Positions 1 to 9,023 of a stretch of 20,000 nt of DNA are shown here, one piece after another. The position numbers and the translations under genes are program-made. The notes under the pieces are model-generated. The model was not told the origin of the DNA. It saw nothing but the letters and a program-made list of their open reading frames with translations, and searched no databases. Position 1 is the stretch's first letter, and every line of letters starts with the position of its first letter. Origin of the DNA: an uncultured virus (IMG/VR IMGVR_UViG_3300030376_003448) (taxonomy: Duplodnaviria; Heunggongvirae; Uroviricota; Caudoviricetes); IMG/VR virus record IMGVR_UViG_3300030376_003448; one strand, 5' to 3'.

Positions 1-31
1 TATCTATCCCTCAAATTATTATGGTTATAAA

Positions 32-1561
32 CTACTCGGTCGGTGCTATGATAGCGCAATCAGTCATCAATACCAAAGAAGCTATTGACACCGCACTCTC
101 TACACTGTTCAATACTACCTGCATCGGGTCAAGAACACCATCCGTTTTAGCATCCTCTAACTCACCAGTTTTACCGCAAATGTAAAGACCTTCATTGACA
201 AGTCTTGAATCACTAGATGGGAATGTTGTAGCACCAGTATTCTCTACGATAGTATTGAGTGGTGTTTGCATAGCTTTCTTGAACAACAATCTGACGGCTA
301 AGGTCGTTGCATCCTCAATATCCATACTTTCAGCATACCTCCATAGTGTCGCGCCCCCGCCGATGACTACACCGGACTCAAGAGCGAGCTTACAAGCATT
401 GACCGCATCATCCACTCGCTCCTTAGTTTCTACCTGCTCTACATCGGAAGCACCTCCAACGTAAATCGTGGAGATGCCTGTGGTCATACGGTCTATCCTA
501 TTCTGTGTCTGCTCTTTTACCCAGTCGTTTTGTTCGTCGTCCAACGCCTCTGTCAGCTCTACTACATGAGCCGTAGGATATACCCGTCCTACGATAGTAG
601 TGGTATTAGAAGCTGAATGTAACTTCTCGCACTCTCCTAGCTCCTCGCTAGTAGTCTTTATGATAGACTCATTTAGAGATGTCTTGAATAACTTACTACC
701 TGTGAAGGCACTGATGTCTTCCAACCACTCTTGTTGTTGTTGTGACATACCGGGTACTTTTACGATACAAACAGATACTTTACCCTGCACTATATTTACC
801 AAAAGATTCTGTAGCATCTGTGGGTTCACGTCGGGACAAAAGACAACCAGTGGTCTTCCTTCCTGTATGCTTGTTTCTAACGCCGGTACTAACATATTGA
901 AGCTCTCTATACGCTCAGTAGTAGTTAGTATTAGTGGATTAGTAAACTCACACTTACCTTTCCCAGAGTTAGCCATGAGAGTATGAATCATACCAGAGCT
1001 TATCTCTAGACCATTACTCGTTCTGACATAGGTTTCTTGTGTGGGTGACTTCTCTATAGTGATACCACCACCAGTCTTTACTACATCAGCTATCAAAACA
1101 CCTAGCTCTCGGTCATTGTTAGATGCTATGGTAGCAACATCTACTAGGTCGAAATCTGTTATTGCACTTTCTTTGATATACTGTGTGACATCTTCTAGAC
1201 AGTCCTTTAACGCATCACGTATTACTAAAGGGGAAGTACCGTTCTCCATAAGAGTGAGAGAACCATTACACAATGCCTGTGCTATCAATGTGGCTCCCGT
1301 AGTACCGTCGCCAGACTTCTCCTGTGCTTCCGATGCGACCTCTTTCAGTAGGTCTATACCCATCTGAACATACGGGTCTTTATCTGTTACTGCTCTCGCT
1401 ATGGTAACACCATCGTTGAGGATGACTGGCATCCCCATAGGATTCTGCACGATGACTGTTCTAGCTTGGGGTCCGAATGTTCCCTTGATAGAGGATGCTA
1501 ACTTATTAACACCTTTGAGTAGCTTACTTCTAGCTTCTGCTCCTGTGATTATTGTTTCCAT
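32..1561 (-). CDS. groEL: Group I chaperonin (GroEL/Cpn60), virus-encoded
   Basis: 509 aa. N-terminus 'GAEARSKLLKGVNKLASSIKGTFGP', 'NDGVTIARAV', ATP-binding 'GDGTTGAT', 'IYVGGASDVEQVETKERVDDAVNA', 'GVVIGGG', 'GVLDP'. No GGM tail. Confidence 0.95.
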   Translation of the reverse strand: METIITGAEARSKLLKGVNKLASSIKGTFGPQARTVIVQNPMGMPVILNDGVTIARAVTDKDPYVQMGIDLLKEVASEAQEKSGDGTTGATLIAQALCNGSLTLMENGTSPLVIRDALKDCLEDVTQYIKESAITDFDLVDVATIASNNDRELGVLIADVVKTGGGITIEKSPTQETYVRTSNGLEISSGMIHTLMANSGKGKCEFTNPLILTTTERIESFNMLVPALETSIQEGRPLVVFCPDVNPQMLQNLLVNIVQGKVSVCIVKVPGMSQQQQEWLEDISAFTGSKLFKTSLNESIIKTTSEELGECEKLHSASNTTTIVGRVYPTAHVVELTEALDDEQNDWVKEQTQNRIDRMTTGISTIYVGGASDVEQVETKERVDDAVNACKLALESGVVIGGGATLWRYAESMDIEDATTLAVRLLFKKAMQTPLNTIVENTGATTFPSSDSRLVNEGLYICGKTGELEDAKTDGVLDPMQVVLNSVESAVSIASLVLMTDCAIIAPTE

Positions 1562-1563
1562 AA

Positions 1564-1842
1564 TTATACCTCCAATAACTCTACTTCTTCAGTAGATAAC
1601 ACCGCACCAATGGCACTATAATGCGCCATGAGTGGCGATGTAGGATTGGAAGGCTCTACCTTGTTTAGCTCTGTGGGGTTTACATTTAAGCTAACTATAT
1701 CTGCTTGGTAAAGCTCGATGGGAACAAACCCGCCGACACTTAGAACGACATAAGGCGCATCAATTACTAGGCCGTAGTCGCTGACTTCTTCGTGCTTTGT
1801 CACAAGAACAAACTCACCTAAAGCCTTCCAATTCCTTTCCAT
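1564..1842 (-). CDS. groES: GroES/Cpn10-like co-chaperonin (divergent)
   Basis: 92 aa, directly upstream of groEL. 'WKALGEFVLV...SDYGLVI...VVLSVG...DIV' parallels the GroES pattern 'I.PL.DRV.V...GGIV...G.V.AVG'. Confidence 0.75.
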   Translation of the reverse strand: MERNWKALGEFVLVTKHEEVSDYGLVIDAPYVVLSVGGFVPIELYQADIVSLNVNPTELNKVEPSNPTSPLMAHYSAIGAVLSTEEVELLEV

Positions 1843-3021
1843 CTATGCTTCCCACCCGTCGGTTACTTCCTCGTCGGTGAAGTCGGGTGTGACCATCTGT
1901 TGCACTTCATCAAAGGCCCACCAACCATTTACGGTCATGCGGTCTTCATCTTCCCTACTTCTCCAAGCCTGTCCGTGTATGAGTAGCTTAGTACCCACAC
2001 CGAAGGATGGAATCTCGTCGCAATAAACATCTATCGTACCTGCCATAGATGTGATGTCAATGTCACCACACACTAGGATAGCACCGCCCTTATCTCTTGG
2101 GTCTATGTGTATTACTTCTGTGACAGTGGCACAAGTCCTGTCCCACCATCCGTCAGTACCGTTGTGTGTATCGTAATACTGCCTAAGAGCCGATAGGTTA
2201 GGTAGCATATTCTCATCCCCAATCAACCCACCTAGAATATCTACGGGGGAACCACTGAAGATGTTAGCCAAGTCTGTATTGATTGTAGGCACAGATACAT
2301 CTGCGTTAAAATAACACCTACCATTCCTACCAGTCTTTAGTGGTATAGTAAGTGGTGTGAATGTTGGGTACTGTCTGTCTGCTGACTTACCACTACCACT
2401 GACCTTGATTAGTGATAGCTCGTTGTCGCCATGCTTTCGTCCATAGAACAGACAAGTCCTCTCCCTCTCGTCCTGTGGGCGAGGCGCACCGTACTTGAAG
2501 TTGGCATCGCCACTAGGGAATGTTGGGTTACTCTTGTCCCACACCACATAGAAGTGTGTGTTAGCATCTAGTTGCATGGTGTGTTTTGGTAGAGCTGATA
2601 CGTCGCTCTCTGCGCCGAAGCCAAACATCTCGGCGGAAAGCCTAGTGTATGTACCATCGTGGTTGTCCTCAAACAGAATAACGGAACCACTGTTTACTAG
2701 GGCCATTCTAACTTCCTGTGGTGCTGAAATCATCTGATTCTTCATCTTGTTGTATAGAATCTTACCCCACTCCTTCGGTCTTGGGACAGAGATAAACATA
2801 CCCTCGTATGTATCTGCACCTGCTCGACGCATCCTAGCATTCTCGCTTGTGATGTTTCTACCTGCTACTCTAAGAGCTAGGATAAAACAATCCTCGTCCG
2901 AGCGACCCGCATTCTTCCATGCTGGTCCCTGCTCCGCAAGAACCTCATCGGCCCTCGCTCGCACCACATCGGGTGCGACATTCAGTGTCTTGGCTATATT
3001 GTTCAACATATCGTCACTCAT
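1843..3021 (-). CDS. RPA/SSB-like single-stranded DNA-binding protein (OB fold, acidic tail)
   Basis: Helical N-terminus, OB-fold-like C-terminal beta pattern (ATVTEVIHID...GTIDVY...FGVGTKLLIHG), acidic C-terminus DFTDEEVTDGWEA, next to RFC. Start moved to ATG 3021 behind an archaeal-type SD AGGTGA. Confidence 0.6.
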   Translation of the reverse strand: MSDDMLNNIAKTLNVAPDVVRARADEVLAEQGPAWKNAGRSDEDCFILALRVAGRNITSENARMRRAGADTYEGMFISVPRPKEWGKILYNKMKNQMISAPQEVRMALVNSGSVILFEDNHDGTYTRLSAEMFGFGAESDVSALPKHTMQLDANTHFYVVWDKSNPTFPSGDANFKYGAPRPQDERERTCLFYGRKHGDNELSLIKVSGSGKSADRQYPTFTPLTIPLKTGRNGRCYFNADVSVPTINTDLANIFSGSPVDILGGLIGDENMLPNLSALRQYYDTHNGTDGWWDRTCATVTEVIHIDPRDKGGAILVCGDIDITSMAGTIDVYCDEIPSFGVGTKLLIHGQAWRSREDEDRMTVNGWWAFDEVQQMVTPDFTDEEVTDGWEA

Positions 3022-3061
3022 TTTTTTCACCTGTTACAGTTTCTTTCGCTTTTTATTACGG

Positions 3062-3069
3062 ATATAAAC
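3062..3069 (-). promoter_or_regulatory. Putative archaeal TATA box for the RPA-groES-groEL unit
   Basis: Minus-strand GTTTATAT just after the RFC stop, about 45 nt upstream of ATG 3021. Confidence 0.45.
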
Positions 3070-3070
3070 A

Positions 3071-3961
3071 TTACGTTATCATCATCCTTACATAGTTGGC
3101 CTTGACAATATCCTCATCAACACCGTCTATAATATCTCTCTCAGCAGTAATCGAAGCGTCAATAACTTGGAGTCTTTTAGTCAAACTATTACTCCACCCG
3201 TCTATGGCACTCTGCATTACATTCCTTACTATCTTTCTGATATCCCCATCTAACATCTTCAAAGAAGTATCGAAGTCTTTATCATTTATACATAGTGCGA
3301 GGAATAGTTCTGCGTTAAAGTTTCTTTCAGTGAGGGAGAGAAGGAAGTCGTGTGCCGTGTCTGCGTCGTCCGGTTCTATGGAGGCAAACGCTTGTAGAGC
3401 ATTGATAGCATTTCTTAGGTCGCCCTCATGAGCTTCGCAAATAATATTTAGTTGCGAGTATGTTATGCTTACACCTTCTGCCCCACAAATGTATTCCAAT
3501 CTTCCTTTCATAGCTTCTTTACTTATGGGTAGGAAGTGTATCTGCAAACACCTTGACTTAATCCAGTTACTTACTTTACTGATATCATTACATGCTAGTA
3601 TGAAATAACCGTGAGCGTTTTCTATAACACCTTTGAGAGCCGACTGTGCTTCTGGTGTGAGTTGGTCTGCCTCATCCAAGAGTATGATTTGATTGCGGTT
3701 GCCAGAGCTTGTAAGTGGTATAAGCTCCTCCTCTACAAATGCTATACCCCTAGTCTTTTTAGAAGAAGCATTGAATGTATGTATCGGGTAGTCTAGCTCG
3801 TTAGCTATGACGTGCGCTAGTGTAGTCTTACCACGACCCGCTCCCCTACTATGTAGTAGTAGATGTTGCATACTAAGTGTAAGATAGTCTAGCTCCTTAG
3901 CACCACCCACTAACTCATTGAAAGTCTGTGGTCTGTACTTGTTAGCCCATAGTTGGTCCAT
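3071..3961 (-). CDS. rfcS: Replication factor C small subunit (clamp loader AAA+ ATPase)
   Basis: 'LWANKYRPQTFNELVG', Walker A 'GAGRGKTT', Walker B 'IILLDEAD', arginine finger 'SRC', 'GDLRNAINALQ'. Confidence 0.93.
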   Translation of the reverse strand: MDQLWANKYRPQTFNELVGGAKELDYLTLSMQHLLLHSRGAGRGKTTLAHVIANELDYPIHTFNASSKKTRGIAFVEEELIPLTSSGNRNQIILLDEADQLTPEAQSALKGVIENAHGYFILACNDISKVSNWIKSRCLQIHFLPISKEAMKGRLEYICGAEGVSITYSQLNIICEAHEGDLRNAINALQAFASIEPDDADTAHDFLLSLTERNFNAELFLALCINDKDFDTSLKMLDGDIRKIVRNVMQSAIDGWSNSLTKRLQVIDASITAERDIIDGVDEDIVKANYVRMMIT

Positions 3962-3983
3962 GAAGTATGCTCAACAATTACGC

Positions 3984-3991
3984 ATATAAAC
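3984..3991 (-). promoter_or_regulatory. Putative TATA box, leaderless geometry, for rfcS
   Basis: Minus-strand GTTTATAT starting about 29-30 nt upstream of ATG 3961, with no SD in between. Confidence 0.45.
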
Positions 3992-4333
3992 TTACACTTT
4001 GTTTTCAGTTATGTAAGCAACACCACTATCGTACAAATCTATTAGCTCTGCGTTTGATGGCGTACCCATAGGTTCGCCCGTTGTTCTTTTTACCATGAGA
4101 GAAAGGACGATGCCAGACAGAACACCACGAATAAAATCGTCCGATAGCTCTAACATTTCGTCTTCAAATTCTTCTTCATCGAATGCTTGTAACAGGAAAC
4201 TTCTGATTAGAGAAGCGTCAAACATATTTTCTTGGGTCATTATTCTACTAAAGTCCAAGCCTCTGTTGTTGTGCATCATAGCTGAAACAATTGTGTGAAT
4301 GTCATCACGCATTTTCCCTACCATTGTAACCAT
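3992..4333 (-). CDS. Hypothetical acidic protein
   Basis: 113-aa ORF tiling the operon. Start may be 4324. Confidence 0.7.
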   Translation of the reverse strand: MVTMVGKMRDDIHTIVSAMMHNNRGLDFSRIMTQENMFDASLIRSFLLQAFDEEEFEDEMLELSDDFIRGVLSGIVLSLMVKRTTGEPMGTPSNAELIDLYDSGVAYITENKV

Positions 4334-4348
4334 ATCCTAGATGTAATA

Positions 4349-4747
4349 TTAACCCTTTCTAATACAGTGAAGACACACCTTTGATTCTGGCGGGAAAACA
4401 CGTATCTTTCCACACTCGCATTGTACCGCCACCGCCCTCTGCTTAGGAGTCATAACCGTTGGACTACGGGTATAAACTATTTCATCTCGATGTTGTATTA
4501 GGGTACGGTCAATATCATAGACCAAATGCTTTGCCTTTATCCCAACGGCGTTCTCCACCATCTCAGAACCTACTGGTATTATCTGTGGATTCTTCGACAA
4601 CAAAGCCGATAGACTGTGGGGAGAAGGTACTGCACGTACATTTTTCTCGGAGGATAGCTTCTCTGCCACGCCCTCCTTTGTCATAGCACCATGCTCCCAT
4701 AGTATGTCTACTATAAGTCGCCGGACCCGACGGTTATTGGCACTCAT
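4349..4747 (-). CDS. Winged-helix DNA-binding protein with C-terminal Zn ribbon
   Basis: 'IVDILWEHGAMTKEGVAEKL...PSPHSLSALLSKNPQI' wHTH-like pattern. C-terminal CECG...CLHC. Confidence 0.6.
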   Translation of the reverse strand: MSANNRRVRRLIVDILWEHGAMTKEGVAEKLSSEKNVRAVPSPHSLSALLSKNPQIIPVGSEMVENAVGIKAKHLVYDIDRTLIQHRDEIVYTRSPTVMTPKQRAVAVQCECGKIRVFPPESKVCLHCIRKG

Positions 4748-4770
4748 GTATAAGTGTTAGTGTTTAGGTA

Positions 4771-4989
4771 TTATAAGTCGTTCCCAACGTCTGCCCATAA
4801 AATAGCATCTGCGAAAGAATTCTCCTCATATTGATAGGGTGTGTCGCAAACATTGTGTTTTATAGGTTTTTCCAAAGCTACCCACTCAATTTGCGGAGAT
4901 ACTATTATCATAAAGAGTTGCATAAACGGGAATAACAAACCCAAAAACAAAAGGAATACTAGAAAGAAACATACTTCCACTAGAGCCAT
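4771..4989 (-). CDS. Small membrane-anchored hypothetical protein
   Basis: N-terminal hydrophobic stretch VCFFLVFLLFLGLLFPFMQLFMIIV. Confidence 0.55.
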   Translation of the reverse strand: MALVEVCFFLVFLLFLGLLFPFMQLFMIIVSPQIEWVALEKPIKHNVCDTPYQYEENSFADAILWADVGNDL

Positions 4990-5639
4990 GACAAAGCCTT
5001 CTGTTTAGTGCGCTTCATACCCTTCGGTATGTCGCCACTATCCCTTACTTTGTTGGCTACGGTTATAGAGTTTTCCAGAATGACCTCCCAATGCTGGTCA
5101 GTGCTTCTGAAAATCTCTGGTCGTTCTTTACTTTTACCCTTTTTCTTAGGCCACTTTACTCTGGCTCTGCTAGGCTTGATGCCGTATATTAGTGATGCTT
5201 TAATGTATTCATCTGGCAAAGTGTAGAGTACCTTTGCTATTCTTCTCCAAACATCTATGTCATCCACGTTCTCCTTCAAGAACCAAAGTAGTAGTTGTGT
5301 TGGTTGCTCTTTGTATAATTCTTTTACCCTATCTCTATTACCCCAGTTGAGCAAAGCACGAACCAAGACAAAGGCATCGTCATTACTTTTACCTTTAAGG
5401 TTATCATCCACCACACACAAATCCTTAGCTTTCTTATTGAGCTTCGGCTCTTTATCTGTCACCACGACAAGTTTGTTCTTTATGACGGGCGACCACTGGA
5501 TGACATCATCAGAAGAAAACTTATCGGAGTGTAGTATGTAGGTAGTTTCTTTTAAGTTTGGAATACTATCAAGGTTGTTATACATTAGGATTTCATTGTC
5601 GCTTCTGAATGGAGTTGCATCCTTTGTAAAGATAATCAT
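4980..5639 (-). CDS. Hypothetical protein, possibly a degenerate clamp-loader large subunit (no Walker A)
   Basis: 219 aa. 'EQPTQLLLWFLKEN' and 'RVKWP' recall the C-terminal collar region of archaeal RFC large subunits, by eye only. Confidence 0.35.
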   Translation of the reverse strand: MIIFTKDATPFRSDNEILMYNNLDSIPNLKETTYILHSDKFSSDDVIQWSPVIKNKLVVVTDKEPKLNKKAKDLCVVDDNLKGKSNDDAFVLVRALLNWGNRDRVKELYKEQPTQLLLWFLKENVDDIDVWRRIAKVLYTLPDEYIKASLIYGIKPSRARVKWPKKKGKSKERPEIFRSTDQHWEVILENSITVANKVRDSGDIPKGMKRTKQKALSWL

Positions 5640-5896
5640 TCTTGTTCCCTCACAAACGGGTCATGACCGTAGATGTAGTCCTCTACTCTTTTTAGCTGAC
5701 TGCCCGATAGATTCCAGACATCACATATAGATGTCTTAGGTACTTTGTATTCGGCATGATACCATTGGATTCCCTTCGGTGTTATCAAAGCCATGACCCC
5801 ATCTTCTATCATAGCCTTTATCAGCTTAGGTATTTCTTCCTTAAATATAGGACGTGTGGCAAAGTATCTAGTGGGTTGCACTCTCCACTTCTTCAT
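5636..5896 (-). CDS. Hypothetical protein
   Basis: 86-aa ORF with ATGA overlaps to both neighbours. Confidence 0.7.
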   Translation of the reverse strand: MKKWRVQPTRYFATRPIFKEEIPKLIKAMIEDGVMALITPKGIQWYHAEYKVPKTSICDVWNLSGSQLKRVEDYIYGHDPFVREQE

Positions 5897-6513
5897 TCCA
5901 CGACCTCGTAATCAACATCAATAGGTGTGGTTAGTAGGTTTAGTTTTCTCTCCACATCATCCAGTAGTTTAGGTTGGTCTGCTAAGGTTTCCACAAGAAT
6001 CCTACTGACATCACTGAGCTGATTGTTTACTAGCAGTAGTTGGGAATCTACACCTATCTCTTTTTTGAGCTGGCCTACTAGCTTGAGCGATGCGTTGGCC
6101 TGTGCTATCAACCTAGAGGCATCAGCTACAAACTCTGATGTGATACCTCCTTCTGCTTCCTTACGCTCCTCTAGCTCGTCCAAGTAATTTCTGATTCTAA
6201 TTACTATGTCCTCTGCTGAGTCTAGCGTGTTGATGGATTGGGAACGTGCTTGTTCCATGTGCATAGCTTCGGTAGGGTCATACTCCATGTGTGAATCCAT
6301 GTGGTTCATCACTGTCCCATCCGGCCAGTTATATTTAGCTTCAAGATAACTAGGTGATGCTTCGTCATTGAACACCTGCTTCTCCAATTCCTTTCTGTCT
6401 TTATGGTCGCACATCTCACAACCACCCGACAGAACCCATCTCAATACTTCTATGGCAAAGGCATCGTTCTCAGTGGCAAGCCTTCTCTGTATCTCTATCT
6501 TTGTCTTCATCAA
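5893..6513 (-). CDS. Zn-finger/HTH plus coiled-coil protein (terminase small subunit-like N-terminal pattern)
   Basis: 'CEMCDHKDRKELE...YLEAKYNWPDGTVMNHMDSH' gives CxxC...HxxxH around an HTH-like segment, followed by a helical coiled coil. Confidence 0.45.
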   Translation of the reverse strand: MMKTKIEIQRRLATENDAFAIEVLRWVLSGGCEMCDHKDRKELEKQVFNDEASPSYLEAKYNWPDGTVMNHMDSHMEYDPTEAMHMEQARSQSINTLDSAEDIVIRIRNYLDELEERKEAEGGITSEFVADASRLIAQANASLKLVGQLKKEIGVDSQLLLVNNQLSDVSRILVETLADQPKLLDDVERKLNLLTTPIDVDYEVVE

Positions 6514-7832
6514 TTACCACCCCACATTATAGGCTCACTAGCTTCTGATACTGGACCGAACCTACAAATGACTCCCTTACGACCACGCCTTTTAACACTC
6601 GGTTCTACTTCGCTATACCAAGTCTGACCCTCTAGATTTTCTATCAACCATCGCTTTGCACTTTGGTAGTCACCCGCAGTTATCATACGACTAATCTCTT
6701 TTAGTAGTTGCGACTTGGGTACGTCCTTCATCCAGAAGGTGCTACGCATAAGCTCAAGGTCTGCATCCATTACTCTCCTTCTCTGAGCTAGAGATTGGTT
6801 GAGTATAGCCTCTAGCTTCTCATCTAGTTTTATGATTAAAGGTTCTCCTCCACGATAGGTAGGTTGCATCATGGCGTAGCCTATACACATTCTTCTGAAT
6901 AGGTCTGCCTCAAAGGAACGCACATCGGGTCTGTCTATCCACTCCATGATGCCGTCATCAAACAAGATACCCGTAGGTGGATTCCTAACGGCTTCGTGCA
7001 TTCTGTTTCTTATCCATTCTTTTATCTCAATATTAAGATTGGCAACGGCCACCCTCTCATCCTTCTGCATGTTGGCCTGTGCATGTTGGGCCAATTTATA
7101 CTGCCTCTCTTTCTCTGGGGTCATCTCTATGTCTATGATGAAGAACCTTCGGTCTAGTCCAGAGTCAAGCTCAAACCTAGCGGGTTGTGTACCCGCCCAT
7201 ACTGTGTATCGTGTGGTGTATCTAACCCATCCGTTACGCATGGCCTTCTGTACCCTGCCGTTGTCTAGGCTTGTGAGCAGTTGATTCTTCATGTCTAGGC
7301 TATGGTCCTTCTTAGACGCATCAGACATAGATGAGAATTCCTCAAAGCCGAGGAAGCCACCACACATCTCTCTAGCGATAGGTCGCCCTGCTATCTCACC
7401 CTCATCATCTACGGAGCCAAACATACCTGCCTCTGTTATAGAGTTAGCACCCATCATCGTCCTCATACCCTGCCCTAAGTCGGCGTTGGAGTTGTAAACA
7501 AGACCTGTTCCTTCTGCTAGGAACATGAGGATAAGAACAGACTTACCACTACCCTTAGCTCCTCTCATCAGTATGTGTATGCGTGTGTCTGGTAACTGTG
7601 ACATGGGGGTGTAGAATGGTACGTTGTTGTGCCTCAGTGGACAGTTTTCTATGATGAAGTCATTCTCCTCATCTACTAACGGACTGTCGGGGTCGAAGTC
7701 ACACCGGCTACATTTGTTTAGGGCATTGAATATGTGACCCCCGATACTACACAAGAAGATAGGTATTTTATCCTCGACATCAACGAAGTAGTTACGTCGT
7801 GCAAACTCAATAGTTTTATCGAAAATATTCAT
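6510..7832 (-). CDS. MCM-family-like AAA+ ATPase/helicase lacking the N-terminal domain
   Basis: 'RIHILMRGAKGSGKS' (Walker A), 'ITEAGMFGSVD' (h2i), 'FLGFEEFSSM' (Walker B), 'LLTSLDNGRVQKA', 'VWAGTQP' (sensor 1), 'LDRRF' (R-finger). These match the MCM core motif order. Confidence 0.7.
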   Translation of the reverse strand: MNIFDKTIEFARRNYFVDVEDKIPIFLCSIGGHIFNALNKCSRCDFDPDSPLVDEENDFIIENCPLRHNNVPFYTPMSQLPDTRIHILMRGAKGSGKSVLILMFLAEGTGLVYNSNADLGQGMRTMMGANSITEAGMFGSVDDEGEIAGRPIAREMCGGFLGFEEFSSMSDASKKDHSLDMKNQLLTSLDNGRVQKAMRNGWVRYTTRYTVWAGTQPARFELDSGLDRRFFIIDIEMTPEKERQYKLAQHAQANMQKDERVAVANLNIEIKEWIRNRMHEAVRNPPTGILFDDGIMEWIDRPDVRSFEADLFRRMCIGYAMMQPTYRGGEPLIIKLDEKLEAILNQSLAQRRRVMDADLELMRSTFWMKDVPKSQLLKEISRMITAGDYQSAKRWLIENLEGQTWYSEVEPSVKRRGRKGVICRFGPVSEASEPIMWGGN

Positions 7833-8641
7833 TGTTGATTACCCCCTATATGTTCCGCCAGTTTTAGTGCTTCCATCATCTCACTGTAATAAACAGTGTC
7901 ATACTCAAGACCATGAACATCATACATGTAATCTAGCAACCTGTCTGCTTCTGATATGTTTAGGTAAGTGGTGTTGTCGTTACCACATAGGACTAACCAA
8001 ACTCCTCGGATTGGATTCGTACAGAAGGAGTTGAACAAGCTACACATAATCCATGTGGGTGACGGCACTATAAGTTGTAGGTCATCTATGACTTCCCCGT
8101 TTGTTAGGTACAATGCTTCGTCCTCCGGCTCTTGGTAATTATACACAATCAATTCGTTTGGTGGTATCTGTGGTTGGTCATCGAAGATGAAATTCTGCAT
8201 GACGTGTGATGTCAGATACACCAGCTCATCTACTCCTCTTTTACTGCACTCCATTATGATGTCCCTCATCACTGGATAGTTATAGAGCCATGCTTTAGTC
8301 TGTTCTGGTGACGGTGTGTAGGCGTGAGATATTCTTAGGATAAAGTAACGTCGCCCATCCAAGTTACGCATCTCGTACAATCTCCATTCTGGGAAGGTGG
8401 GTAGTGGCAAACTGTTCATCGGCTCTACTTGGTGTAGCTTTGAGAATATCTTACAGACTGGTTGTTGTTCGCCCACAAGACTAGCACCGGCCACAAAGGA
8501 AGCGTAGCCCGCCTCACCTTGATAATAAACTACTAGAGTAGTAGGCTCCACTTGGTTTGGGAATTCAAGGACTCCATTGAGTATAGTTTCCTCCGTCCAT
8601 ACAAAGTCAGTGTCGCCGGTAGTTGATATTACTTTACTCAT
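7829..8641 (-). CDS. PAC2 (proteasome assembly chaperone) family-like protein, divergent
   Basis: 270 aa. 'TLVVYYQGEAGYASFVAGASLV', 'PEWRLYE', 'IIMECSKRGVDELVYLTS' parallel the archaeal PAC2-family pattern 'LIVGFPG.G.VG.IA...L ... GV..II.LG'. Confidence 0.5.
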   Translation of the reverse strand: MSKVISTTGDTDFVWTEETILNGVLEFPNQVEPTTLVVYYQGEAGYASFVAGASLVGEQQPVCKIFSKLHQVEPMNSLPLPTFPEWRLYEMRNLDGRRYFILRISHAYTPSPEQTKAWLYNYPVMRDIIMECSKRGVDELVYLTSHVMQNFIFDDQPQIPPNELIVYNYQEPEDEALYLTNGEVIDDLQLIVPSPTWIMCSLFNSFCTNPIRGVWLVLCGNDNTTYLNISEADRLLDYMYDVHGLEYDTVYYSEMMEALKLAEHIGGNQQ

Positions 8642-8969
8642 CTAATCTCTCCTTTATCTTTTCTTGTAGGAACATGGGAAACTTCTTGATTGGTTTTCTT
8701 GAAGCTATTGCCCTACTTACTGCATCATCTAAAGGACGTGCATCCCATACCCCTAGTTTCTTTTCTTCTCCAATCTTCTCAAACAATACCGATGCCCTTA
8801 GTACGCAACCAAGAGATACGGGAGTAGTACCGTAGTTATACCCGAACCTGTTTGAGTAGCAATCAGAGTTGTACCAATCGCATATGTCCGTAGATGTCAT
8901 CGGGCCGTTCTCTTGTAGATACTCATAGACTTTTGATTGTAGTCTTTTGGTCTGCCCTCTACCACCCAT
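8634..8969 (-). CDS. Winged-helix DNA-binding protein
   Basis: 'VYEYLQENGPMTSTDICDWYN...TTPVSLGCVLRAS'. Start reassigned to ATG 8969 behind GGAGAGG and the repeat motif. Confidence 0.6.
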   Translation of the reverse strand: MGGRGQTKRLQSKVYEYLQENGPMTSTDICDWYNSDCYSNRFGYNYGTTPVSLGCVLRASVLFEKIGEEKKLGVWDARPLDDAVSRAIASRKPIKKFPMFLQEKIKERLDE

Positions 8970-8990
8970 ACCCTGTCCTCTCCTGTCACG

Positions 8991-9023
8991 GTTATAATTA
9001 TTTTTGTTACCTGTCACAAGCGT
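8991..9023 (-). promoter_or_regulatory. Repeat promoter module copy 1 (variant)
   Basis: Plus strand gttataa...ctgtcacaagcgt. Motif is 41 nt from ATG 8969. Confidence 0.7.

Noticed and set aside
4840..4849. Partial motif matches (TGTGTCGCAA at 4840, TGTCACAAG at 1798, GTCACAAGC at 13800)
   Set aside because: They are intragenic, lack the full AAGCGT end and have no TTAA/ATG at the expected spacing. Likely chance matches.
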